Source of the DNA: Candidatus Latescibacterota bacterium
GTDB lineage: Bacteria; Latescibacterota; UBA2968; GCA-2709665
Direction: 5' to 3'
Length of the DNA stretch: 64,000 nt
Assembly (NCBI GenBank): GCA_965219455.1
Contig: OZ244744.1
Location: 3,008,001 to 3,072,000, forward strand
Shown: positions 10,355 to 20,064 of the stretch, piece after piece
Position numbering within the stretch: position 1 is the first letter of the stretch
How the letters are laid out: every line of letters begins with the position of its first letter
Notes under the pieces: generated by a model
Told to the model about the DNA's origin: nothing
What the model saw: the letters and a program-made list of their open reading frames with translations, nothing else
Database searches by the model: none
Program-made: the position numbers and the translations under genes

Positions 10355-11152
10355 ATGAACGTGCTTTACAAATACGTTTCCGCAGAACGTATTCTCACCT
10401 GTTTGCCTGATATAGGAAACGGGACATTGCGGGCAACACAGCCATCGTCTTTAAACGATCCGTTTGAATGCGCTGTAACGAGAAGATTCGTGGAAAAAAA
10501 CGAGAGCGATGGTAACAAAAAGCTATGCAGAGTACTCACTTGCATCAACGGCACCAGTCCGGTGAGCGAGTGCGATGTCATTGAAGCGAGAGACAGGTAC
10601 GGTAGCCTGTATCTCTGCGAGTTACTTTCAAGACAATTGTCTCAACGATTTGGCGTCGTTTCTCTTGCCACTAATCCTCGTCACCCTCTAATGTGGTCTC
10701 ACTATACTACTGACGGATCTGGATTTGCCATAGGGTATGATGTGGAACAGCTTAGGACGCTTGGAAGCAGAGAGGGATGTCTGCAACCTGTCCGATATGG
10801 TCGCAAGCCGATACCTATTTTGGATTATCCTGTGTTGAATGAAGAGAACATGAACTCCCTATTGTCATACAAGAGCGAACACTGGAGCTATGAAAAGGAG
10901 TGGCGACTGATCGTAGAGCTAGACGAAACAATCGGGACCGGACGTAAGGATCAACTCAATCAGCCAATAAACCTACTCCGCGTACCGAATACGGCAGTAA
11001 CGAGTGTGTACTACACGGAACGAACTCCGAACGAGACTGTAATTGAGATACGACGACGACTCGAAGACACGAATAATAGATATCAGACAGAACACTGCAC
11101 AAAGTTAGTTTTGTCAGAGAAGACGTTTGGGTACGAAGACGCTAAAGCTTAG
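10355..11152 (+). CDS. DUF2971 domain-containing protein
   Basis: LYKY...LNDPFE, LMWSHY...GFAIGYD, KSEHWSYEKEWR motifs; lower GC than its flanks. Confidence 0.8.
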   Translation: MNVLYKYVSAERILTCLPDIGNGTLRATQPSSLNDPFECAVTRRFVEKNESDGNKKLCRVLTCINGTSPVSECDVIEARDRYGSLYLCELLSRQLSQRFGVVSLATNPRHPLMWSHYTTDGSGFAIGYDVEQLRTLGSREGCLQPVRYGRKPIPILDYPVLNEENMNSLLSYKSEHWSYEKEWRLIVELDETIGTGRKDQLNQPINLLRVPNTAVTSVYYTERTPNETVIEIRRRLEDTNNRYQTEHCTKLVLSEKTFGYEDAKA

Positions 11153-11302
11153 CCACCCGCGTACATTTGGAAGAGGAAGCTGTATAGCGTACAATAACCA
11201 CGAGGAGTCCGTAGCAGATTCGCTGCCACCGGATCGGATTAATTGTCTTCTTGGTGATCCTAAAGGACACTCTCTCTTCATCGTCAATTTTCGAAATTGA
11301 CT

Positions 11303-11589
11303 CTATGACCAGAGCCGATTTTTTGCTTCAAATTCTCCATCTTCAACTCGGCTAACGCACGCCGTGATTTCTACAGTTCCGCACGAAGCAAGGCATCTGG
11401 ATCCGCCTTCCTCTTGCGGGACTTGGCGCTCAACGCGTCCAGGGCACCCCTCTTCGCCTGCGCCTCCCAGACACAAAACAGACTGGAATCGATCTGATAA
11501 CGACGACACACTTCGCTGGCCGTTAGATAGGCGTGTTGGGCTTTTTCCAGGATGCGTAGCTTGTCTTCCGCTATTTGTCTCATTTTCAT
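11303..11589 (-). pseudogene. IS3-family transposase OrfA (HTH) remnant
   Basis: EDKLRIL...SEVCRRYQIDSSLFCVWEAQAKRGA HTH plus leucine-zipper tail (LAELKMENLKQK) broken by a stop; no OrfB seen. Confidence 0.65.
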
Positions 11590-11836
11590 TTGTGCGAAAT
11601 ATCGTTTTTGATACGATTTACGATAGATCTCTAGTTGCAGCGTAGTACTGTCAATTTGGCCAGGAAATACACAAAATTGCACATCGTATTGAATGTCAAG
11701 CCCATTGTGACTATAATAGAGAAGGAGTCATCACAATGGGATTTGCATTGCTGCGTGGATGCGTAGATGATCGGCGGGTCTGTCCGAAATTCTTGATGCA
11801 ACCGGCTATCTGGAGAATCGTGAAGCGGCTCATAGT

Positions 11837-12190
11837 GTGTATCTGGTACAAGATGCCCGTTTAATGTCTATGTCCGAGAGTTTGCCCCGGACGCTCGACT
11901 TCTCAGTTATTCTGGCTGTTAGAGTTCCGGGATCAAGCCAACTCTTTCGCCTCCGGCGCTACAACGGCAAAAGCCAGGAACATTCGAACCGCATCGAAGG
12001 CGTGAAGTTCTATGATTTTCATATTCACGTTGCGACGGAGCGGTATCAGGAATTCGGAACCAGGGAGGATGCCTACGCCGAGCCTACAGACCGTTACGGA
12101 GACTTTCATGGCGCCCTTCGCTGTCTGATTGACGATGCGAATCTTGAGATACCGCCGGAGCCGCAGGGGGATCTATTTGAGGAGGGATAA
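11837..12190 (+). CDS. DUF6978-like partner of DUF1828 (probably N-terminally truncated)
   Basis: FRLRRYNGKSQEHSNRIE...FHIH motif; immediately upstream of the DUF1828 gene. Confidence 0.55.
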   Translation: MYLVQDARLMSMSESLPRTLDFSVILAVRVPGSSQLFRLRRYNGKSQEHSNRIEGVKFYDFHIHVATERYQEFGTREDAYAEPTDRYGDFHGALRCLIDDANLEIPPEPQGDLFEEG

Positions 12191-12193
12191 ACA

Positions 12194-12970
12194 ATGTCCG
12201 TCCAGGCCATTGAGAGAGATTTTCACAAGAAAGTTTCGTCGAAAATTCGGCTTGCAGCCGAGGGCATGGAACGGTTCCGCGTGTTCACTCCATTTCAGTT
12301 CGACGATGGTGATCACCTGGGCATCGTTCTAAGGAAGGACGGAGCGCGTTGGGTGCTTTCCGATGAGGCGCATACGTACATGCATCTGACTTACGATATC
12401 GATGAGAAGGATCTTCATGGCGGCACGCGTCAGAAGATCATCTCCAATGCATTGTCCATGTTTCAGATCGAGGACCGCGATGGAGAGTTAGTACTCGACG
12501 TGCCAGAGGAACGTTACGGTGATGCACTGTATTCGTTCGTTCAGGGGTTACTTAAAATATCAGACGTATCGTATCTGTCGCGGGAGCGCGTACGGTCCAC
12601 CTTCATGGATGATTTTCGTACGGTGATGAGTGAGGCAGTTCCGGAAGAGCGCAGGAGATTTGACTGGAGCGATCCCGAACATGATCCTCAAGGGATGTAC
12701 ACCGTGGATTGTCGAGTAAACGGTTTGCACCGGCCCTTGTTCGTTCATGCACTTTCTAGTGACGGCAGGACCCGCGACGCTACAATCGCGCTTCTCCAAT
12801 TCGAACGGTGGGAGATCCCGTTTCGTTCACTTGCCGTTTTCGAAGACCAGGAGTCGATCAATCGGAAGGTGTTGGCCCGCTTCAGCGACGTCTGCGAGAA
12901 GCAATTCTCCAGTCTTACTGCAAACCAGGAGAGGATAATGCGCTTTCTGAAAGAGAGCGTCCCTGGATAA
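12194..12970 (+). CDS. DUF1828 domain-containing protein with C-terminal DUF1829/PD-(D/E)XK-like domain
   Basis: [17 protein letters not shown]...[10 protein letters not shown]-terminal motif; [10 protein letters not shown] linker; YTVDC motif. Confidence 0.75.
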   Translation: MSVQAIERDFHKKVSSKIRLAAEGMERFRVFTPFQFDDGDHLGIVLRKDGARWVLSDEAHTYMHLTYDIDEKDLHGGTRQKIISNALSMFQIEDRDGELVLDVPEERYGDALYSFVQGLLKISDVSYLSRERVRSTFMDDFRTVMSEAVPEERRRFDWSDPEHDPQGMYTVDCRVNGLHRPLFVHALSSDGRTRDATIALLQFERWEIPFRSLAVFEDQESINRKVLARFSDVCEKQFSSLTANQERIMRFLKESVPG

Positions 12971-12990
12971 ACCATAACTTCGGAAAAACT

Positions 12991-13113
12991 GACGACATCG
13001 CCGTGCTGGAGCTGTGCCGGGACAAGACCAGTGCCGTCAAGCAAGGCATGATGCAGCAGCTTCTCACCGGCCGGGTAAGGCTGGTCGAGCCAGAAAGTAT
13101 CGAAGATGCCTAA
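12991..13113 (+). pseudogene. hsdS: Type I R-M hsdS C-terminal remnant
   Basis: DDIAVLELCRDKTSAVKQGMMQQLLTGRVRLV, the conserved HsdS C-terminal helix, with no upstream gene body. Confidence 0.75.
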
Positions 13114-14314
13114 CATAGAGCAGGATATCCGTAGCTGGCTTCACCAGCAACAGGATTGGATACAGGAAGCGGTGGAGAAACTGCTCGCGTCGGGTAGCTT
13201 GGCGGATAGTGATATCCAGGCCATCGCCGAGCGTCTCAAGACCCCAGATGGGCAGCAGTTAACCACCCATCGCACTTTCGACGGAATTGGAAATACATCC
13301 GCATCCTCCGCCGAGGTTCACCTCCTGTCAATCGGCGATATCTGTGGCATTGAGAATCTATGTCCGCACAGTCCCCTTACCTTCGGAACCGGAAATCTTG
13401 CCGTGATCTATGGACCCAACGGTTCGGGAAAATCCGGTTACACCCGCATCCTCAAGCGAGCGTGCGGAAAGCCCCGCGCGTCGGATCTTAAGCCCAACGT
13501 ATTTCAAGCTCCGCCAGCGACACGGCAGTGCAGGATCAAGTACACACTGGCAGAAAAGGCCCAGACGGTTACATGGCATCCGGACGGCGCACCGGTCGAC
13601 GACATCAGAGCTGTTGACATTTTTGACGTGGATGCCGCCTCCTTCTATCTCAGCAAAGAGTCTGAAGTCTCCTACACACCTCCGGCGGTCATCTTGTTCA
13701 AGGCGTTGGCGGACGCATGCGACCGGGTCAAAAAGACACTTCAAGAAGAGAAGGATCGTCTGGTCAGTACACTGCCCACTCTGCCGCCAGGATATGACGG
13801 CACCGAGGCTGGAAACGTCTATACCACGTTGAACCCCGATCTCAGCGAGCAAGATATCCAGCGCCTAGCGGACTGGGGGAAGGATAACGAAGAGGAACTC
13901 GAGAAATTGACAGAACGCCTCAGTGCGGACGACCCGGCAAAGCTGGCGGATTTGAAGCGCAACACAAAGTGGCAACTCGACCAACTCGGAGTGCAGATGA
14001 GAAACGCCGCGATCGTCGCTGGCACGCAACAGGTGGAAGCCCTCCGGAATGCTTGTTTAAAGGCACATCAGAAACGAAAGATTGCTACTGAGGCCGCCCA
14101 ATTAGATAGCGCCAAGCTCAACGGTATCGGGACGGAAACATGGAACGCACTATGGAAGGCGGCACGCGATTATTCGCAAACAGCCTACCCAGGACGAGAC
14201 TATCCCGTTACGGAGGGCGGCGCACGGTGCGTTTTGTGTCATCAAGAATTGGCTCAAGAGGCACAGAAACCCTCTGTGCCTATATTAGTGAGACAGTTTC
14301 CCTTTATAAATTAA
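13106..14314 (+). pseudogene. Truncated SMC/RloC-like ABC ATPase (Walker A, coiled coil, CxxC zinc hook; C-terminal half missing)
   Basis: IYGPNGSGKSGYTRILK, coiled coil, RCVLCHQEL; the ORF ends about 20 aa after the hook with no ABC signature or Walker B. Confidence 0.7.
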
Positions 14315-15198
14315 GCAACCATGAAGAGGGCGAAGGAGCGCCGAACGATGAGGGAGCGACGCTATTCCCCCTCTTTATCGATTACGGACAACTCGGAGCG
14401 AACAAGGAATGGGTCGCCTGTCAGAGACTTCACGAACAATTCCGATCGCCACCGGTGACATACATGGATTTGTCCGGTTTCGGGAAGACTATCCCAAGTG
14501 GACTTACCGACAGTAATCTGCGAGTCAACGAGGACGCCTTCTTACCGGGCCGTAATTTGCTTTTTGTACTGGCAGGAGCTGCACACGCCGTCACGGTTCG
14601 CGCAAATAGTGTCGCGATTGGTTTACTCAATCCCGCTGACCACTTATTCCCGGACCAGACCGAAGAATTCGTTGCAGAATGTGAGAGAATGATCGAGATG
14701 GCGATGGGCAGACGGATTGTTGTTCTGATGCCGTTAATTGAGTTCTCGAAGCGAGACGTAATGGTAATGGCGCGCGTTCGAGGAATCGAACATCCATATT
14801 CTTGCCATTCCGGAGGTGACGAGCCGTGCGGTGTGTGTATAGCATGCGATGAGATTTCTAATGCCAAGAACGAAAACAGCAACATTGAGTTCAACGACTG
14901 GTCACTGAAAAAGCCGTTCAATAGTGAAGAAGCCAATTACATTAAACGGGGTATCCGGGAGCGTATTCGTCAATCTTCCACTACCATCGTGTATTTGTCA
15001 AACAACACCGCCGGTAGCGAATGGGTGAACTGGGAAATACAAGAAAGCGTTGCCATGGGAAAGGGTGTTGTCGGCATGCACAAAGGCAACTCACCGCCAC
15101 GACGGCTTCCGAAAGCCATAGCGGACAACAAGATTCCGGTTGTACCATGGAACCAGGAGCAGTTGGCAAGAGCAATCGAGAATGAGCAAAGTCGATAA
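14140..15198 (+). CDS. QueC-like domain (lacking SGGxDS) fused in frame to a ThsB/DUF1863-type TIR domain; probable deletion product
   Basis: QueC: PLFIDYGQ, FLPGRNLLF, FPDQ, YSCHSGGDEPCGVCIAC. TIR: YIKRGIRERIRQSSTTIVYLS, SEWVNWEIQES. Homology starts at about 14345. Confidence 0.75.
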   Translation: MERTMEGGTRLFANSLPRTRLSRYGGRRTVRFVSSRIGSRGTETLCAYISETVSLYKLSNHEEGEGAPNDEGATLFPLFIDYGQLGANKEWVACQRLHEQFRSPPVTYMDLSGFGKTIPSGLTDSNLRVNEDAFLPGRNLLFVLAGAAHAVTVRANSVAIGLLNPADHLFPDQTEEFVAECERMIEMAMGRRIVVLMPLIEFSKRDVMVMARVRGIEHPYSCHSGGDEPCGVCIACDEISNAKNENSNIEFNDWSLKKPFNSEEANYIKRGIRERIRQSSTTIVYLSNNTAGSEWVNWEIQESVAMGKGVVGMHKGNSPPRRLPKAIADNKIPVVPWNQEQLARAIENEQSR

Positions 15199-15287
15199 GA
15201 CGCGCTAACAAGCGGATGTAAACAGAGGGGTGTAGGTGTCACAGTCGAACCGAGTTGCGCATTTGCTACGAACTGGAGGTAAGGAAA

Positions 15288-15530
15288 ATGGGTAATGTGA
15301 TGATACGTGACATCAGTAATGACATAGAGCAGCGTCTGCGCATCCGGGCGGCAAAGCACGGCCACACCATTGAGGAGGAAGTGCGGGCGATCTTGCGTAC
15401 AGCGCTTACCGAGTACCCGCTACCCACCGATCTCGCTAGCGCTATACATAACCGATTCTCGCCAATGGGTGGCGTGGAATTGAACATTCCTTCTCGTGAA
15501 CCGATGCGCGATCCACCCCCATTCGATTGA
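15288..15530 (+). CDS. FitA-like ribbon-helix-helix antitoxin
   Basis: IRDISNDIEQRLRIRAAKHGHTIEEEVRAIL; upstream of a PIN toxin. Confidence 0.85.
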   Translation: MGNVMIRDISNDIEQRLRIRAAKHGHTIEEEVRAILRTALTEYPLPTDLASAIHNRFSPMGGVELNIPSREPMRDPPPFD

Positions 15531-15540
15531 GCTAAACTTG

Positions 15541-15993
15541 ATGATCTTACTCGACACGAATGTTGTATCGGAGTTGATGCGTCACAAGCCTGATCCCGGT
15601 GTAACTACGTGGCTCGCGAATCAAGCCAGTGCGGATGTTTTCATCTCGGTGATCACCGAGGCGGAGTTGAGGTACGGCGTCGCTATCCTGCCGGCGGGGC
15701 GGCGCCAGTATGAGATCGCCGCCGAAGTCGAAAATATGCTTCAGGAAGACTTCGCGCAACGTATCCTGCCCTTTGATAGTGAGGCGGCGCGCACCTACGC
15801 AGAAATTGGAGCACGTCGCCGTGACGCTGGTCTGCCAATCAGCCACGCGGACTGCCAAATTGCAGCTATTGCCCGTTGTTGCGGGGCAGCCATTGCGACT
15901 CGAAATGTCGGTCACTTCGAGCAATGCGGAATTGAGGTAATCAACCCCTGGAACGCAGTTGTGGATCTGAAACCAGGTAGTACGGAGACATGA
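15541..15993 (+). CDS. vapC: VapC/FitB PIN-domain toxin
   Basis: MILLDTNVVSE, ITEAELRYG, ADCQIAAIA, ATRNVGHF. Confidence 0.92.
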   Translation: MILLDTNVVSELMRHKPDPGVTTWLANQASADVFISVITEAELRYGVAILPAGRRQYEIAAEVENMLQEDFAQRILPFDSEAARTYAEIGARRRDAGLPISHADCQIAAIARCCGAAIATRNVGHFEQCGIEVINPWNAVVDLKPGSTET

Positions 15994-16257
15994 ACAGAGT
16001 CGGCCAAAAGGAAATCCTTACACAGCGACGGGTGATCGCCTTTTTCCGGGATTCGCTTGGGTACTCCTCTCGGCAACTGTCATGATCGTGCGGAAAACGT
16101 AAATATCGAGGAAGGGCTGCTCACCGACTGGCTGAAGCGCAATGGGCAGGGCGACAGGGTTAAAGACAAGGTATTACGCGAACTGGACGAGGCAGCGTCG
16201 CTCGGCGGCAGCAAGATGCTTACGCCGCTGACTGAATGCCTCTGCTATTTCAACTAA
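15990..16257 (+). pseudogene. hsdR: Type I R-M hsdR N-terminal remnant (frameshifted and truncated)
   Basis: MNRVGQKEILTQRRVIAFFRDSLGY, then after a frameshift LGNCHDRAENVNIEEGLLTDWLKRNG...ELDEAASLGGSK; ends after about 75 codons. Confidence 0.72.
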
Positions 16258-16335
16258 AAACAGTACTTGCTCATCACGCCATCCGAAGTGTCAGGAAAGC
16301 GGACTGGCGTGATAACAGAATTGTAAAGGCGCAGA

Positions 16336-17067
16336 GTGAATAATGGGCGGGAAAATTACAGCATTGAGGTACGAGGCACTGCGGTAGACGTGGTGCGCAA
16401 GAACATTAAAAACCTCTACATAAGGGTTTACCCGCCGAACGGTCGGGTACGGGTGGCCGCTCCGCTCCGTCTTGATAATGACGCGGTGCGAATGGCTGTC
16501 ATTTCCCGCCTCGGCTGGATTCGACGCCAGAGGGCGAAATTCCAGCAACAGGAACGGCAGTCGCGGCGGGAATTCGTGACAGGTGAAAGCCACTTTTTCG
16601 AGGGCGGGCGCTACCGGCTCGACGTGACGGAACGGGACGGTCCACCTGCGGTCCGTCTCCTCAATAATTCTACCCTGGCGATGTGCGTTCGACCGGGCGC
16701 CGACCGGAATATCAGAGAGGCCGTACTGGACCGATGGTACCGACGTCATCTCCGTGATCGGCTGCCGGTGCTTGTTGCGAAATGGGAGCCCGAAATGGGT
16801 GTGCGGGTCAATGAAGTTCGCATCAGAAAGATGAAGACCCGCTGGGGAACGTGCAACCCGGTTGCCCGCCGAATCTGGCTGAATCTCGAACTGGCGAAAA
16901 AGCCGTCATCGTGTCTTGAATACGTCGTTGTACATGAAATGGCCCACTTGATCGAGCGCCGTCACAACGATCGCTTCTGGAAGCTCATGGACAGGTTCAT
17001 GCCATTGTGGCGCTATTATCGGGATGAACTCAACCGTGCGCCGCTGGCACACGCAGACTGGCGGTAA
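16336..17067 (+). CDS. M48/YgjP-like (DUF45) metal-dependent hydrolase, typically found after hsdR
   Basis: MKTRWGTC, LEYVVVHEMAHLIERRHNDRFW (HExxH). Confidence 0.88.
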   Translation: MNNGRENYSIEVRGTAVDVVRKNIKNLYIRVYPPNGRVRVAAPLRLDNDAVRMAVISRLGWIRRQRAKFQQQERQSRREFVTGESHFFEGGRYRLDVTERDGPPAVRLLNNSTLAMCVRPGADRNIREAVLDRWYRRHLRDRLPVLVAKWEPEMGVRVNEVRIRKMKTRWGTCNPVARRIWLNLELAKKPSSCLEYVVVHEMAHLIERRHNDRFWKLMDRFMPLWRYYRDELNRAPLAHADWR

Positions 17068-17397
17068 TGAAAGTGGCTGCTCGGTTGAGACAGCGTATCC
17101 TCCGGGCGCCGTCGCTTCGAACACGGTTTTAATGTATGCGGGGTTGTTCTTACCCAAAATTCCTTTATAAGAGTCAATACGGAGTTATGGGTATCGTCAC
17201 GTGCGTCATTGTTTCGCATTTGTCAACCGGAGAGCGAAAACGCGGCATCGATTCAGCCTGGCCGAAGACGCGCTCAGTGAGGTTGTCGATAGGGCGGCGG
17301 GCCGAAAGGGAACGACTGCCGGTACTCAGCTGTCCCGTCTCCGTGGAACGAGTCTGGTTTCTTAAGGTCCCGGCCGGTCTCAGCCAGGGGCGGTTTC

Positions 17398-18243
17398 CTA
17401 TCCTCGCGAATCCAGATTTCTCTTGTAGTCCTCCAACAGAGCCGCGGCTCCCGCCCGGATGATCCCCAATTCCGATTCGGCTTCGAAGAAGGTGGCTCCC
17501 TTCCGGGCCCACGCGCCCGCGGCGGCGCCACTCGAGGGCATGGTGCCGAAGGCCACGCCGTACTTTTCGCAGAGATTCAAAGCCGCATCCATCGGACCCC
17601 GTACCTCAGGGTGATCAGGGTCGCCGGGGTGTCCGAACTCAATAGAGGTGTCGCCGGGTCCCACGAAGCACATGTCGACCCCGGGCAGGCTCAGAATCTC
17701 CTCAGCGTTCCGGTAGCCCCTCACCGTTTCCAGGTGTACCACCAGCGTGGTCTCCTGGTCCTGTTCGTCCATCCAGCCCTTCCAGTTCGTGACTGCCCTG
17801 TAGTCGCTGTTTCCCCAACCCGGCGCCACGGCCCGGGATCCCGCCGGGGGAAATTTCAGGTAGCTCAGCAGGCGCTGAACCTGCTCCCGGGTTTCCGTTC
17901 TGGGAAGCTGAATTCCCACCACTCCTGCTTCCAGCAACTTCGAGACCTCCTGGCGTTCCAGTTGGGGCGTCTTGGCGATGACGGGCAAACCGTTGTCGCG
18001 GGCGGAGAGGATAGTGTCGGCCAGGTCCTGCAGGTCGAAGAAGCTGTGCTCGTACTCGATGTAGACGAAGTCGAAACCGGCGTGCTGGAACAACTTGATG
18101 AGGGAAGGATGGGCATACGCTTCCAGCGTCGCGCCGATCAACACGTCCCGTCGCTTGAGCCGGGCTTTGAGATGCCGGCCTGGACCTCCCTCCGGGTACC
18201 AGGGATTCTCGATTCCAATACTGTTTTTGGGAAGTTGGGGCAT
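17398..18243 (-). CDS. HpcH/HpaI aldolase family protein
   Basis: GFDFVYIEYEHS, LLEAGVVGIQLP, GVDMCFVGPGD; start at MPQLPK after AGGAGG. Confidence 0.85.
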   Translation of the reverse strand: MPQLPKNSIGIENPWYPEGGPGRHLKARLKRRDVLIGATLEAYAHPSLIKLFQHAGFDFVYIEYEHSFFDLQDLADTILSARDNGLPVIAKTPQLERQEVSKLLEAGVVGIQLPRTETREQVQRLLSYLKFPPAGSRAVAPGWGNSDYRAVTNWKGWMDEQDQETTLVVHLETVRGYRNAEEILSLPGVDMCFVGPGDTSIEFGHPGDPDHPEVRGPMDAALNLCEKYGVAFGTMPSSGAAAGAWARKGATFFEAESELGIIRAGAAALLEDYKRNLDSRG

Positions 18244-18355
18244 AGGGCCTCCTTGTGTTCTGTCCCGGAAATAGATTGCCGAATTGGGTTCGGTGGAGGA
18301 CGCATTCACGGTCAGGTCGGTTTCCGGGCAGACCCGGGCTGACGGCGCCATCGAT

Positions 18356-19042
18356 TCAAATGGGGATCCTGGAAAGCGAAATATGGCCATTGAAACAGGC
18401 GTCAATGTCGCTTCCGGGTTGTCGCGGACGCTCCTGGTAGATGCCAGTGTATAGAAAATCGTCGCCGGTTTGCGTGAACGTGTTCAGGTGAGGACTCGTG
18501 TCCACGGGAGTTTGTCTTGTTTCCAGGCGAACCCTGTCGTGTTCAGGATGGGGCAGATTCACGTTGAGAAAACAGCCCACTTCAAGCGTCTCGCCCAGTA
18601 CTCTGTCCAGGACCGGTTGGAGCCGTTCGGCCGCAAGGCGCCAGTCGATCGACCGGTCCTTCACTGTATAGTGTGACATGGCGATGGCCTTACACCCGTG
18701 AATGGCCGCCTCCCGGGCTGCGGCTACGGTCCCGGATTCGTAGATATCCACCCCAAGATTGCCTCCGTCATTGATCCCGGAGAGTACCCAGTCGCCGTCG
18801 GATGCCAGACGACTCAGGGCCAGACGCGTACAGTCGGCAGGCGTACCCCAGACCCTGAACCGTTCTGCCTTCAGTTTATCCACCCGAAGGGGCTCATCGG
18901 TTGTCAATCTATGTCCGACACCCGACTGAGGCTCCGCGGGTGCGACAACCACGACATCACCCCACTGTGACGCCAGTCGAACCAGCGTATTTATGCCATC
19001 TGCTTCTATGCCGTCGTCGTTCGAGACGATCAGTTTCACCAT
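18356..19042 (-). CDS. surE: 5'/3'-nucleotidase SurE
   Basis: VSNDDG, GTPADC, SGINDGGNLG, SGTVAAAREA. Confidence 0.93.
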   Translation of the reverse strand: MVKLIVSNDDGIEADGINTLVRLASQWGDVVVVAPAEPQSGVGHRLTTDEPLRVDKLKAERFRVWGTPADCTRLALSRLASDGDWVLSGINDGGNLGVDIYESGTVAAAREAAIHGCKAIAMSHYTVKDRSIDWRLAAERLQPVLDRVLGETLEVGCFLNVNLPHPEHDRVRLETRQTPVDTSPHLNTFTQTGDDFLYTGIYQERPRQPGSDIDACFNGHISLSRIPI

Positions 19043-19060
19043 GCACTCTCGGTCAGAAAC

Positions 19061-19678
19061 TCATTGCGAAGTCGCCTGAGGCACACGGGAATCGTCCTGA
19101 TCCACGAGGCGTAGCGATTTTTTCAACAGGCGGCCCCAGTTATTGTCATACGGATGGACGACCCGCACCCGTTCCTTTCCCCGGTAGACAGGCCGCTCTT
19201 CGTTAGCCCATGCGAATATCGAACCCTCCAGGTTGTAGACCTTCGTAAAGCCTCGCTTCATCAGAAACCCGGCAAGGTCCGACGAGCGGTACCCCACGGA
19301 ACAGTACAACACGATGCGCAGGTTCGGTGATACGTTCTGAAGCGCCTTCAGCGCCTCGTCTCTTGAAGGGACCGGCAGGGCGCCGGGCAGATGGCTGACC
19401 GCATATTCCTGGGGCTCTCGTACATCGAACAGCAGGAGGTTTTCACCTTTCGGAGATTCACTGAGCCATGACTGCAGCGTATCGGTCGAGATATGCGCGA
19501 CTGCCGGAAATCTGGCGCGAATCAATTTGAGCGTTTCGCGCCAGCGCCCGGTGATATCCTCGCCTTCTGCCTGCGCCTGGGCACAGGATGGCGCTAATGC
19601 GATGACGCCGAGACATATCGACAGTCCCACGGTTAATAAGAGAAAGGTCCGGAATCGGCAATGGTCGAGTCGGCGCAT
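19061..19678 (-). CDS. Secreted rhodanese-like domain protein
   Basis: Signal peptide; DVREPQEYAVSHLPGA, YCSVGYRS, NLEGSIFAW. Confidence 0.88.
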   Translation of the reverse strand: MRRLDHCRFRTFLLLTVGLSICLGVIALAPSCAQAQAEGEDITGRWRETLKLIRARFPAVAHISTDTLQSWLSESPKGENLLLFDVREPQEYAVSHLPGALPVPSRDEALKALQNVSPNLRIVLYCSVGYRSSDLAGFLMKRGFTKVYNLEGSIFAWANEERPVYRGKERVRVVHPYDNNWGRLLKKSLRLVDQDDSRVPQATSQ

Positions 19679-20064
19679 GGGGATGATCCAATCCGATGGA
19701 TGAATCTTACGGCATACCGCTCGTGTTGTCGTACCTGATGTTTCTCCAGGACAGCACTTTGTACTCCGGGAGGAAAGATCCCGAACGGGACCGACGGGTA
19801 ACGCGAGGGAAGGGAAAACGAAGTGACGTCAGATTAGCGAATTGCTCTCGAGGAATCCGGGCACGGCCCGTTGAAAGATAGCGATCGTCTCGCGTCAAGT
19901 CAATCCGTTATTGTGAGCAAATCGGTGTTCCGACACGATCCCCACCGTTCCGCCCGGTCAGAATGCCGGGAAGAAAAACCGTCTCTTCGGACAGCCATTT
20001 GGCTATATTGGCCATTCAGACCACGCAATACATACGACGTAAACCAGGTCAAGAGGTACACGCT

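Noticed and set aside
14140-15198. Intact Thoeris, QatABCD or queuosine biosynthesis call
   Set aside because: No ThsA, QatA/B/D or queDEF neighbours, and QueC lacks its ATP-binding SGGxDS motif.
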